The notes below the pieces were generated by a model. That model had not been told where the DNA came from, did no database searches, and saw only the letters and a program-made list of their open reading frames with translations. From assembly GCA_965223665.1 (NCBI GenBank), contig OZ245011.1, forward strand, positions 352,001 to 416,000: 64,000 nucleotides of DNA, read 5' to 3'. A program made the position numbers and the translations under genes. Numbering within the stretch: position 1 is the first letter of the stretch; every line of letters starts with the position of its first letter. This DNA is from Nitrospinaceae bacterium. GTDB lineage: Bacteria; Nitrospinota; Nitrospinia; Nitrospinales; Nitrospinaceae. Positions 31,352 to 40,789 of this stretch are shown here, one piece after another.

Positions 31352-31798
31352 TCAATTAATTTCACTGGGAAACCAACTTTTCCAAAGTGGTTGGGATATT
31401 CCTGCATTTTCAGTCGGGGATTGAAACCATAAGGATAAAATGAAAAGAACGATTATGTATAAGTAACTTGCTCCAAAAAAAAGGGGTTGATTTATTGCAA
31501 GATTTTTGTGATTTTTTAAGCCTGATTTTACGATCCCTTTGACACGATAAAAGTTTGATATGGATATTAAAACAAATAGTACTAGCGGGCTATATTGAAA
31601 TATGGCCATAATAAAAGCTACCAAAGGGGAGACTAGCAATAAAATGGGAACTTTTAGAAAACTGTTTTGGGTTAATTCATCACATATATTTAATACGGCT
31701 AAATAAACGACTAAATAAAATAAACCAGTTAACATTAACCAAATTAAAAACGAAGCAATAGTAGAGCCGCCTATGATGTCTTCCCAACCTAGAATCAT
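31352..31798 (-). CDS. Hypothetical membrane protein
   Basis: 148 aa, about 4 hydrophobic segments, fills the gap between flanking genes. Confidence 0.6.
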   Translation of the reverse strand: MILGWEDIIGGSTIASFLIWLMLTGLFYLVVYLAVLNICDELTQNSFLKVPILLLVSPLVAFIMAIFQYSPLVLFVLISISNFYRVKGIVKSGLKNHKNLAINQPLFFGASYLYIIVLFILSLWFQSPTENAGISQPLWKSWFPSEIN

Positions 31799-31854
31799 TT
31801 TGGAAATTTACCAAAGCCCGCTACTAAAGGCAAATGGGTTGCAGGGAGTTTTTT

Positions 31855-32226
31855 ATGACTCAAGAAAGTAAAGATTTCGGTGTGGCTGGAGAGAAAGCGG
31901 CAGAAAAATATTTAAAAAAGAATGGCTATAGAATTATTAAAAAAAATTATCGAACTCCCATAGGGGAGATCGATATTATTGCAGAACAAGATAAAGCCCT
32001 CGTATTTATAGAAGTAAAATCAAGGAAGAGTCTTCAATTTGGCCATCCCATTGTTGCAGTGACTTCACAAAAGCGAAGAAAAATAATACAGATGTCACAG
32101 GTATTCTTAAAAAATTTTTCCATTAAAGACCGAGTAATACGATTTGACGTTGTAACTGTTTTAGGAGACCCCGAATGCCCAAACGATTGGGAATTTAGGC
32201 TTTTTCAAGATGTTTTTCGTGTATGA
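31855..32226 (+). CDS. yraN: YraN family (UPF0102) nuclease-like protein
   Basis: GEKAA..YL..GY.I..NYR..GEIDII...FIEVKSR, RFDVV. GGAG RBS before ATG 31855. Confidence 0.9.
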   Translation: MTQESKDFGVAGEKAAEKYLKKNGYRIIKKNYRTPIGEIDIIAEQDKALVFIEVKSRKSLQFGHPIVAVTSQKRRKIIQMSQVFLKNFSIKDRVIRFDVVTVLGDPECPNDWEFRLFQDVFRV

Positions 32227-32360
32227 AATCAACCTTGAACTGCAAATTTATTCTAAATGACCCTAAATTTTTCATTCTTAAACAGTTTATTTAGAACCTT
32301 TTCTAATACAAAGCATCTAGATTCTAGAACTTTTGTTTCCCAATATAAGGAGATTCTTGA

Positions 32361-33191
32361 GTGTCCTCAATTTTAAATAGCTTGAAAGAATTATTCGTAA
32401 ATAAAAAAAGGGAAGAGGAGAGTTCGAAATCAGAAGATTCCACAGCTTCCTTTTCGGAAGATAAAATAATTCAACCTTCACCTAAAGAAGAAATTAACTC
32501 GAAAACACCCGAAGCCTTTCAAGAACCGCCTGCAAGACGCAGAGTGATTCAGGCTCCAGTAATTGCGAACATGGCGGATGATGATGGTTTCAATAATTCT
32601 GATGAGATAAAAATAAAAGCCGAACCTTCGCAGGCAGGAGATCAGTGTAAATTCATGGTTAATCGGGTTTTGTTTAATGGAAAGTCCTGGTTGTTTTCTA
32701 ATTTTGAAAGTGCCGCAGGTTCTCCTCTAGCTGAATCTATTTTTAGCAATGAGTTTGTGGAAACGGTCCTGGTTCATAATTCAACTGTATTAATCACTAA
32801 GGAAGGGGCAAAAGGCCTAACTGATTGGCAAGAACTAGCCAAAAAGGTAGGTCAATCCATTCGTAAAGCTTTAGATTCTAAAGATGCTCTAATTTCTGCT
32901 GAAATTGTTGATAGCATTCCTGCCGAAAACCAAATTCGAGACGATATTCAAAAAATAATTGATACCGAAGTGAATCCTGGAGTGGCGGGTCATGGGGGAC
33001 ATATTAAGCTGACAAAAGTAGAAGGAAATGCGGTAACCATTGAAATGGGAGGCGGTTGCCAGGGATGCAGCGCAGCCGACTTGACACTCAAACAGGGAAT
33101 TCATAACTCCTTTCGTAAAGCGGTGCCATTTGTCGGGGCAATATACGATGAAACGGATCATGCTGCCGGTCAAAATCCCTATTTTTCCTGA
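32361..33191 (+). CDS. NfuA/NifU-family Fe-S carrier (Nfu_N + NifU-C domains)
   Basis: VNPGVAGHGG, MGGGCQGC, TLKQGI, D.TDHAAG.NPYF. Confidence 0.85.
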   Translation: MSSILNSLKELFVNKKREEESSKSEDSTASFSEDKIIQPSPKEEINSKTPEAFQEPPARRRVIQAPVIANMADDDGFNNSDEIKIKAEPSQAGDQCKFMVNRVLFNGKSWLFSNFESAAGSPLAESIFSNEFVETVLVHNSTVLITKEGAKGLTDWQELAKKVGQSIRKALDSKDALISAEIVDSIPAENQIRDDIQKIIDTEVNPGVAGHGGHIKLTKVEGNAVTIEMGGGCQGCSAADLTLKQGIHNSFRKAVPFVGAIYDETDHAAGQNPYFS

Positions 33192-33199
33192 GATAATTC

Positions 33200-33544
33200 A
33201 TGCCTAAATTAAATAGATTTAAATTAGAAATTCAAACTGGAAATATAGGAACCGAAGGTCCTGTTCAATTTACGATAAATAATCATAAATTACCTCTTGA
33301 AGATACTGAAGGAGGGGTAGGGCCAAATGAAACTTTTCGCGGTGGGTTTGAAGTTAGAAGTTTTGCACACTCTTTAACTTTAGTGGGACCCGAAAGTGGT
33401 GAATGGGATATCGAGAAATTAAAAGTAGATTTTGAATGTGAACATACGGATCCTTATTCAATTACATATGGACCGGTTAAATTGGATGAAACAACCGAGG
33501 TTAATATTTGGCGAGATCCTCCTCAGCCTGTTTGGGATGTTTAG
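33200..33544 (+). CDS. Hypothetical beta-rich protein (possible PLAT/LH2-like fold)
   Basis: 114 aa, 8 nt after the nfuA-like gene. Pattern F.L.I.TG..GT..PV...W.I..L.V. Confidence 0.6.
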   Translation: MPKLNRFKLEIQTGNIGTEGPVQFTINNHKLPLEDTEGGVGPNETFRGGFEVRSFAHSLTLVGPESGEWDIEKLKVDFECEHTDPYSITYGPVKLDETTEVNIWRDPPQPVWDV

Positions 33545-33550
33545 CTTTTT

Positions 33551-34474
33551 CTAATTGGAATTGGAAGCAATCTGGTGACTGTTATATTTTCTTTCTTTAA
33601 AATGTGCTTTCAAATCTCCTAATAAAATATAATCCTTTACGGTAGTTTGAAAAGGAATTAAATGTGAGGATGTCCAAAGCATCAATTCCCCAGAGTCAGT
33701 TTTAAATACATCTTTAGGGATTTTAACTTTAATTAAAAGTAGGTCATCAATCGGGTCCTGTCCTACTAATTTTGCGAATCTTTCTTTTTCTTCATCTGAA
33801 TTGATGTAAGCTGATATTTCTTTCATGCTCTGATCGGGTATTGTATCAATTTTAAAGTTTTTTCCCTTTTCCAGCTTTCCATAAGCCTCGTTTCGAAAAT
33901 TATAAAAGGCCGCTAAAACGTCATCGAAATAAATTCCTTCCGGTATTGTTTCAGACTTATTTTCTACAAGCTCATCATCTTTGTAAAGCAACCAAACATG
34001 TTTTCTAGTTCTATAATCTAGATAATGGACCGTTCGTTCACTGCTTCTTCCTACAATAACTTCTCTTTCAAATTGACGAGTCCTGACTCGCTTTCCGTTA
34101 TCAACAACGTCAAAGATAGATTTATAAACATGTTTGCGATAATTAGTGAAAAATCCAACGAATCCTTTAGTTTCGGCAACTAAGCGAGCCTGAAAGTGCC
34201 CATTAAATTTGCTGAATTTTATTTCTGCGGTTGCAGCGTTGTTAAAAAAAAGAAAACTGACATCGTAGTAAAGAGTTTCTCCGGCAAACCGACGAATATC
34301 CCCATTGGGAGAAAATCCTTGGTATTGTCCTCTGGAAAGGTCCAGGTTAACAGAATTCGGAGTCTCTAAAATCTTATTTTCAGCAAAAGAAATGGAAGTT
34401 ACTCCCACATGAGAATAAAATATAAATAAGAGTGTGAGGATACTGCTAATTCTGCTTTTTGGTTGAGATTGCAT
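33551..34474 (-). CDS. DUF3108-like exported protein
   Basis: Signal peptide, GETLYYDVSFL, DVLAAFYNFR, W.S...IP pattern. Confidence 0.6.
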   Translation of the reverse strand: MQSQPKSRISSILTLLFIFYSHVGVTSISFAENKILETPNSVNLDLSRGQYQGFSPNGDIRRFAGETLYYDVSFLFFNNAATAEIKFSKFNGHFQARLVAETKGFVGFFTNYRKHVYKSIFDVVDNGKRVRTRQFEREVIVGRSSERTVHYLDYRTRKHVWLLYKDDELVENKSETIPEGIYFDDVLAAFYNFRNEAYGKLEKGKNFKIDTIPDQSMKEISAYINSDEEKERFAKLVGQDPIDDLLLIKVKIPKDVFKTDSGELMLWTSSHLIPFQTTVKDYILLGDLKAHFKERKYNSHQIASNSN

Positions 34475-34591
34475 GTAGTACTTTCTTCCCTTTGGGGGGT
34501 TGAAATCCCTTAAATGATCCTCTACTATAACTAAAATTATATTCTCAGTTTTTATTGAGCCAATTGTAATTATTTTATTAGTTTAGTAGTT

Positions 34592-34939
34592 ATGCCTGTC
34601 GAAACCTTACCTGAAATATTACCCGAAACGTTGCCCATTGATGCACCCGATGTTGTTGAGGAGGAAAATGTTCACAAAAAAAGTGACCTTTTACCCCTTT
34701 ATCGAGTCATTATGTGGGATGACGATGTGACCACCATGGAGTTTGTGGTGCGTATGCTGATAAAAGTCTTTAGCAAAGATTTTAAAACAGCAGAAAAACT
34801 TATGATGGAGGTTCACCTTACAGGGAAATCCCATGTAGATACGTTACCATTGGAAAGAGCTGAGTTCAAGGTTCAGACGGTCCACTCCGCGGCCATTTTG
34901 GAAGATTTCCCCTTTAGGTGCACAATAGAACCTTTTTAA
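34592..34939 (+). CDS. clpS: ATP-dependent Clp protease adaptor ClpS
   Basis: YRVIMWDDDVTTMEFVV..L, MMEVH..G. Confidence 0.92.
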   Translation: MPVETLPEILPETLPIDAPDVVEEENVHKKSDLLPLYRVIMWDDDVTTMEFVVRMLIKVFSKDFKTAEKLMMEVHLTGKSHVDTLPLERAEFKVQTVHSAAILEDFPFRCTIEPF

Positions 34940-34977
34940 GTTTACTTATTTTTTCAAGCCACGATTGATATTAAGAA

Positions 34978-36264
34978 TTACCTCTCTTTTTTAGGTGTGT
35001 AATTTCGTCTGGTTTCACCTAAATAAACTTGTCGTGGGCGACCAATTTTAAAATCTTCGTCCTCTTGCAATTCTTTCCAGTGCGCAATCCAACCGGGTAA
35101 TCTACCAATGGCAAACATTACAGGAAACATATTGATAGGGATGCCCATGGCTTTGTAAATCAGCCCTGAGTAAAAGTCTACATTTGGATAAAGTTTTTTA
35201 GAAATAAAATAATCGTCACTTAAGGCAATCTCTTCTAATTGTAAGGCTATTTCCAGCAAAGGCTCTTTGATTCCTAATTTATCGAATATTTGATGGGCTA
35301 AGGTTTTAATTATTTTCGATCGGGGATCAAAGTTTTTATAAACCCGATGACCAAAGCCCATTAGCCGAAACTCACTATCTGCATTTTTTGCTTTTTCGAC
35401 ATACTTTTTTACATTGCTGTCATCATCATGTATCAATTGCAACATTTCAATTACGGCTTGGTTGGCCCCTCCATGTAATGGACCCCAAAGCGCGTAAATG
35501 GCTGCAGAGACTGAGGAGTATAGATTGCAACGAGAACTACCTACTAATCGAACAGTACTTGTAGAGCAATTTTGTTCATGGTCAGCATGGAGAATTAAGA
35601 GGACATCCAACGCTTTTGCAACTAATGGATCCACCTCGTATTCTTCACAAGGGTTGGAAAACATCATATTTAAAAAGTTTTCGGTATAACCCAGTGAGTT
35701 TGTTGGGTAAGGTAACGGCTGTCCGATAGATTTTTTATAACTATAAGCCGCAATTGTTGGGAGTTTTGCAATAAGCCGATGAATAGTAATTTCTATTTCC
35801 CGTTCATTTTGAACATTTAGTTGATCTTGATAAAAAGTTGCTAACGCTCCAACAACTGCACTGCAAACAGCCATTGGGTGCGGATTATTGGGAAATCCGT
35901 CATAAAAATTTTTAATTGACTCATGCACCATCGAGTGATGAGTGATATGATGATTGAAGTAATCTAATTCTGTAGAATTAGGTAGATTACCGTAGATAAG
36001 CAAATAGGCAGTTTCTATGAAATTACTTTTTTCTGCTATTTGCTCAATAGGTATTCCTCTGTAAAGCAAAATTCCTTTCTCGCCATCCAAAAATGTGATT
36101 TTGCTTTTGCAGCTTCCAGTGCTAACAAAACCCGGATCGTAGGTAATAAGACCGGTTTTGGACCGCAGTTGGGTGATATCGATTGCTTGTTCGCCGCAGG
36201 TCCCTTCTATAAGAGGTAAATCATAGTTTTGATCACTATGGGTCATTCTAATTGTTTTTGTCAC
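34978..36264 (-). CDS. gltA: Citrate synthase (type II)
   Basis: LHADHEQNCST, GPLHGGAN, GFGHRVYK, YPNVDFYSG. GTG start with GGAGG RBS. Confidence 0.96.
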   Translation of the reverse strand: MTKTIRMTHSDQNYDLPLIEGTCGEQAIDITQLRSKTGLITYDPGFVSTGSCKSKITFLDGEKGILLYRGIPIEQIAEKSNFIETAYLLIYGNLPNSTELDYFNHHITHHSMVHESIKNFYDGFPNNPHPMAVCSAVVGALATFYQDQLNVQNEREIEITIHRLIAKLPTIAAYSYKKSIGQPLPYPTNSLGYTENFLNMMFSNPCEEYEVDPLVAKALDVLLILHADHEQNCSTSTVRLVGSSRCNLYSSVSAAIYALWGPLHGGANQAVIEMLQLIHDDDSNVKKYVEKAKNADSEFRLMGFGHRVYKNFDPRSKIIKTLAHQIFDKLGIKEPLLEIALQLEEIALSDDYFISKKLYPNVDFYSGLIYKAMGIPINMFPVMFAIGRLPGWIAHWKELQEDEDFKIGRPRQVYLGETRRNYTPKKER

Positions 36265-36364
36265 ATTGGCCTCCCTGAAGGTTAACTTTATCTCTATTCT
36301 TTTTATTATAACGTGAGTTTAATGTATTTTCGAAAAGTTGATCACTCTTTCCACAGGTGTTGAA

Positions 36365-37591
36365 ATGAAAAAAAATTGGTTGTTGTATTTTATTCTTGTT
36401 GGAATATTTTTTGGTGGACTGTGCGGTTGGTTATTTGGAAAAGAAATGGAATCAGTCGACTGGATTGGTGAAATGTTTTTAAATGCTTTAAAAATGCTAG
36501 TAATCCCTTTAATAATTTCTTCTTTGATAGTTGGAATCGCAGGACTGGGTGATATTACAAAAGTGGGAAAAACTGGGATAATTGCATTGACATATTTCAT
36601 GGCTACCACGGCGTTTTCTGTAATTGCTGGGTTAATTTTTGTTAACCTGTTTGAACCAGGAAAAATGGTGGAAATGGTAAGTCATGTTCCTGAGAATGTA
36701 ACCGGTAAGGAAACCATTGGGATCACGGACATATTTATTAGTTTTGTATCTCCCAACCTTGTGGAGTCCATGGTTAAGATGGACATCCTACCCTTAATAA
36801 TATTTTCACTATTTTTTGGAGGTGTGCTAACCACACTAGGCGAAAAGGGTAAAGGGGTCATTGATTTTTTTGATACAGTCAATGAAGCTATTATGAAGAT
36901 GGTTCATATCGTGTTGTATACAGCACCTGTGGGGATATTTGCTTTAATAGCTTCAAAATTAGGCGCTGCAGGAGGGGGTGACCAGTTTGTTGCTGAATTA
37001 ATGAAAATCGGGAAATTTGCGCTTACAGTAATATTAGCGTTACTTTTTCATGCGGTTATTGTTTTGCCCAGTATCCTCTATTTTTTTACCAGGCGAAATC
37101 CATTAACCTACTTTAGAAATGTTACCGAGGCATTAACGACGGCTTTTTCTACAGCAAGTAGTTCAGCAACCTTACCAGTTACCATTGAATGCGCAGAAGA
37201 TAATAACAAAATATCAAAAAAGAGCGCTTTATTCATACTTCCCATAGGGGCAACAATAAATATGGATGGAACAGCGCTTTATGAAGCGGTAGCAGCCATT
37301 TTTATTGCACAAATGGTGGGTCATCCTCTGGGATTTTCTGAGCAAATTTTGATATTTTTAACGGCTACCTTGGCGGCTATTGGGGCCGCGGGTATCCCTG
37401 AAGCTGGTTTGGTTACCATGGTAATGGTTCTTCAATCAGTGGGTCTTCCGTTGGAAGGAATTGGAATGCTCTTATCAATTGATTGGTTTTTAGATCGGTG
37501 TAGAACCACGATTAATGTTTGGGGCGATTCTATTGGCGCTGCCGTTGTGGATCACCTGGAATTGAAATATGTGGAAGGAGGACAAAAGTGA
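36365..37591 (+). CDS. Dicarboxylate/amino acid:cation symporter (DAACS, GltP-like)
   Basis: AFSTASSSATLP, GATINMDG, DWFLDRCRT..NV.GD. Confidence 0.92.
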   Translation: MKKNWLLYFILVGIFFGGLCGWLFGKEMESVDWIGEMFLNALKMLVIPLIISSLIVGIAGLGDITKVGKTGIIALTYFMATTAFSVIAGLIFVNLFEPGKMVEMVSHVPENVTGKETIGITDIFISFVSPNLVESMVKMDILPLIIFSLFFGGVLTTLGEKGKGVIDFFDTVNEAIMKMVHIVLYTAPVGIFALIASKLGAAGGGDQFVAELMKIGKFALTVILALLFHAVIVLPSILYFFTRRNPLTYFRNVTEALTTAFSTASSSATLPVTIECAEDNNKISKKSALFILPIGATINMDGTALYEAVAAIFIAQMVGHPLGFSEQILIFLTATLAAIGAAGIPEAGLVTMVMVLQSVGLPLEGIGMLLSIDWFLDRCRTTINVWGDSIGAAVVDHLELKYVEGGQK

Positions 37592-37950
37592 TATCTTTAG
37601 TTTTGTTAGGTTTGCTAGTTGGATTTCTTTCCTCTTTCTCAGGTTTAGGAGGAGGGTTTTTAGTAGTTCCATTACTCATTTATTTAGGTAAGAAATCTAC
37701 TTTAGCTGTAGGAACATCTTTGCTGGTAGTTTTCTTGGTGGCTATTTCGTCCTTAATAGCTCATAGTCGTTTGGGAAACGTTGATTTTAAAACCGGCGCG
37801 TTAATTGCCCTGGGGGGAGTGGTTGGTGCTCAATTGGGACCCATTCTCTTAAAGAATGTACCTGAAATAATGTTTAAGCAAATTTTTTCGATAATTTTAG
37901 TTGGAATTGGAATCTGGTTATTTTTCAGTGCCAGAAAGACCCTTGGGTAA
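37588..37950 (+). CDS. Half-size TauE/SafE (TSUP) family membrane protein
   Basis: GTG at 37588 overlaps the symporter TGA, with GGAGG upstream. GLGGGFLVVPLL, AVGTSL and G.VD motifs. 120 aa. Confidence 0.8.
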   Translation: MISLVLLGLLVGFLSSFSGLGGGFLVVPLLIYLGKKSTLAVGTSLLVVFLVAISSLIAHSRLGNVDFKTGALIALGGVVGAQLGPILLKNVPEIMFKQIFSIILVGIGIWLFFSARKTLG

Positions 37951-37974
37951 ATTTATCTAATTGAAGTTAAAGAA

Positions 37975-38418
37975 TTATTCATCAGCCGGACCCTTTTCTT
38001 TACGCTCTCCACGCACTAATCTGGCAGCAAAAGGACCCTCTCCAAGTTTATTGATCCAATTTGATCGTCCTTTAATGAGATTGAACATCATCGCTCGGTC
38101 TCCATTAACCGTATCCGTCCAGGTAACGTCTGCACAATCAGCTTCAAATACCTGAGGCAGATGGATCATGTCTCCCCCTTTGGCTTTAAGTTGTTGACTT
38201 TTATCAAATATCGTTTTTATATCTTCGAGTTTACATACCCGCCAATCCTTAAAGCCACCAAAATTTTCCTTATTCAATTCCTCTGCATAATTTTTGCACT
38301 GTTCCAAATTCCGCCATTTCCCCAACATTTGGCGGGTGTCTTTTTTGAGCCAAGTCAAGTTTGTTTGGGTGTCAGTAATTGTGTCGTTTCCATTGTCGAC
38401 GAATCTAGATTCGGACAT
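37975..38418 (-). CDS. DUF1566 / Lcl C-terminal domain protein
   Basis: RFVDNGNDTITDTQTNLTW, GGFKDWR, ARLVRG. Confidence 0.8.
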   Translation of the reverse strand: MSESRFVDNGNDTITDTQTNLTWLKKDTRQMLGKWRNLEQCKNYAEELNKENFGGFKDWRVCKLEDIKTIFDKSQQLKAKGGDMIHLPQVFEADCADVTWTDTVNGDRAMMFNLIKGRSNWINKLGEGPFAARLVRGERKEKGPADE

Positions 38419-38495
38419 AGTTTCCTCAAAGTAGTTTAAGAAAAATGTTGTTTTGTAATTTTAGCATCAATTTTATAGGTGAGGATTCTTGGAAT

Positions 38496-38531
38496 AAAAA
38501 AAGCCGGTAGAACAAAAGTTCTACCGGCTTT
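38496..38531 (-). terminator. Intrinsic terminator
   Basis: Perfect 14-bp stem AAAGCCGGTAGAAC / GTTCTACCGGCTTT with a 4-nt loop and a U-run on the minus strand, 14 nt past the stop at 38545. Confidence 0.85.
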
Positions 38532-38544
38532 AATTTTAGGAAAA

Positions 38545-38997
38545 TTACTTCAGAGTTGGGTGATATTCGCCACAAATATCATTAGGAACTAAAGGCTCAG
38601 GCATATAACCTTTGCGATCCTGATTCATTTGCTTGCGATATGCATCGTCAGAGTTGTCTCCACGACAGTCACCAGCAACTAACCCAACAACTTGAGCTTC
38701 TTCTACAGTTTTTGCAGCTTTCCAGGATTGGTCCGTTTGTGAAGAACCAAATTGTTGGTCAACGTTAATACCCCTGTCAGAATTACGGGACAAATGCGCT
38801 CGAGATGCACGGTTAACAGCGTCTGTCAACGCTCGTTGTTTTGCACCCATTTGAACTATGGTTTGTCCAACGCCCATTACACTTTGATCCTGTTGAGCAT
38901 ATTGCCCAGGAATCATTTCGTCAGCAGCTACATTAGAAACACCCAAAAACATAGCAGCCATAAAACATGCTACAGCTAAAAGTACTTGTTTCTTCAT
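38545..38997 (-). CDS. Secreted hypothetical protein
   Basis: Signal peptide MKKQVLLAVAC...VAA, GGGGAG RBS, dedicated terminator. Confidence 0.75.
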   Translation of the reverse strand: MKKQVLLAVACFMAAMFLGVSNVAADEMIPGQYAQQDQSVMGVGQTIVQMGAKQRALTDAVNRASRAHLSRNSDRGINVDQQFGSSQTDQSWKAAKTVEEAQVVGLVAGDCRGDNSDDAYRKQMNQDRKGYMPEPLVPNDICGEYHPTLK

Positions 38998-39173
38998 CCT
39001 TTGTCTCCCCTTCAAAAAATTGAACTAGTAAGAAGCTAAAAGAACCAACTATCCATTAAACCTCAATGAATTAGGTATCGGCGTGAATTGTGGAAAACAT
39101 TTCTAAATTTTACCTCAAAGTTACTCTATAGCAAACCATAAAATAAAAAAGCACTTTGAGGATTTCAGGACAG

Positions 39174-39202
39174 AATTTATATTCTTACGGTCCGTTTGTC
39201 AA
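39174..39202 (-). promoter_or_regulatory. Putative sigma70 promoter of the 38545-38997 gene
   Basis: Minus strand reads TTGACA (39202-39197)-N17-TAAATT (39179-39174). Confidence 0.45.
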
Positions 39203-39362
39203 TAGAAAACATAAGTTTATTTAAAATTGGTTTCTGAATTTTATTTTTTTATGGTCCTACGAAAAATTTGGCAAAGAATCCATTAATTTTTTTTTCTTTG
39301 TTTCAGTGAATTTTATAGAAAAAAATACTTTAAGTATCAATTGAATCAATAATTTAATGTGA

Positions 39363-40133
39363 TTAAACCAAAAGACTTTTTATTTCACGAACCAATTTTT
39401 TATTTCCCACCAGGGCAGAACCCTCAGTCAAATTCGGGGTTTTTCCTGAGAAATTTAAAAATGCTCCTCCGGCCTCTTCTGCCATGATTTTGATAGGTGC
39501 GAAATCCCAAATAAAAGCCCAGGGGTCGACCATAGCATCCACAATTCCTCTGATTGCCATTAAATGACCAAATGCATCCGGATAGGTACGAGTTAATAGA
39601 GATACTTTTTGCAATTGGTTAAATAATCGCATTCTCTTTTTTTCTTTAAAACAATAAATATCTGCTGTTGCAAGAGTGGATTTCTTTAGACTATTTTGTC
39701 GGGAAACTTTCATCGGAGAGTCATTACAGAATGCCCCGTGTCTTTTTACTGCCCAAGCAGTTTCGCCTAAAGCGGGTAAACTCATTACACCTAAAACTGG
39801 GTTTCCGTTTTGTAAAAGTGAGAGCAAGGTTGAATAAAACGGAAGACCGCGAACAAAAGACCGAGTCCCATCTATGGGATCAATGGTCCAAACCCACTCT
39901 CTTTGAATATCTTCTTCTCCAAATTCCTCACCTATAATTCCATGATTGGGGAAATTTTTTTTTATTTGTTTTCTTAATATTTCTTCCGCTTTAAAGTCGG
40001 CTATGGTGACAGGGCTTTGGTCTGCTTTTTTTTGAACCTTTAGGTCTGTGCGAAACCATTTTAAGGTTTCTTTGTTTACTGGTTTGAGCCAGGATAGAGC
40101 AGCATTTTTAATTTCCAGAAGGTTGCTTGTCAT
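39363..40133 (-). CDS. hisN: Inositol monophosphatase family protein, likely histidinol-phosphatase HisN
   Basis: KKADQSPVTIAD, GEEFG, IDPIDGTRSF, WDFAP. Confidence 0.7.
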   Translation of the reverse strand: MTSNLLEIKNAALSWLKPVNKETLKWFRTDLKVQKKADQSPVTIADFKAEEILRKQIKKNFPNHGIIGEEFGEEDIQREWVWTIDPIDGTRSFVRGLPFYSTLLSLLQNGNPVLGVMSLPALGETAWAVKRHGAFCNDSPMKVSRQNSLKKSTLATADIYCFKEKKRMRLFNQLQKVSLLTRTYPDAFGHLMAIRGIVDAMVDPWAFIWDFAPIKIMAEEAGGAFLNFSGKTPNLTEGSALVGNKKLVREIKSLLV

Positions 40134-40207
40134 CAGTAAGTAGCATTTTCTTGATTAGGGTTTAATTTGAAATTAACAAAATGGGAATTAAATACTAAGG
40201 TTTTCCT

Positions 40208-40615
40208 TTAAATAATTTCTATATACCATTTTGGTTTTATTCTTCCAAAGTCGGTTCTCTTATTTTTTTTTAATGAACTTTTAGGATCCAAAACATAGCT
40301 TTCTGTTTTTTTCCTAACAAAAATAGTCCAATGCCAATACGTGTCCCCTTTTTTTTGGTGCCATTTAATTGCTAATAATGCAAGATTTGGAAGTTGGTTC
40401 CAATTTTGGAAAGGTTTTTCCGAAGGAGAAATATTTATTCCAAAATGTGTCAGTAATGTTCGGATATATTTAGTTTCGGACCATAGTTTGGGATCCTCCA
40501 CTGAAATTTGTTTTTGATTTGCTGCGTTTTTTACAATCTTGTAAGTTGTACCTGCAAGCATAGCCACACAAGCAAATCCACACCCTGTTACATCTTTTTG
40601 TAATACTAATTTCAT
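40208..40615 (-). CDS. Stand-alone C39-like cysteine peptidase
   Basis: Q.....CG.AC.AM, HW and VLDP (Cys-His-Asp triad pattern). Confidence 0.65.
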   Translation of the reverse strand: MKLVLQKDVTGCGFACVAMLAGTTYKIVKNAANQKQISVEDPKLWSETKYIRTLLTHFGINISPSEKPFQNWNQLPNLALLAIKWHQKKGDTYWHWTIFVRKKTESYVLDPKSSLKKNKRTDFGRIKPKWYIEII

Positions 40616-40789
40616 AACACCTTTTAACTATAACAAAAAGAATTGATATATACAGTTTTCATATAGGGCTCAATTTGAACTTGAGGGATTATAGAAACAT
40701 AAAGCCTTAATTTAAATAGATTTTGCCGTTTTTATTCATTATAATCCCAGTTAGATTCAGCCTGAAATTCTCGATTTTACTAGGAGCTT

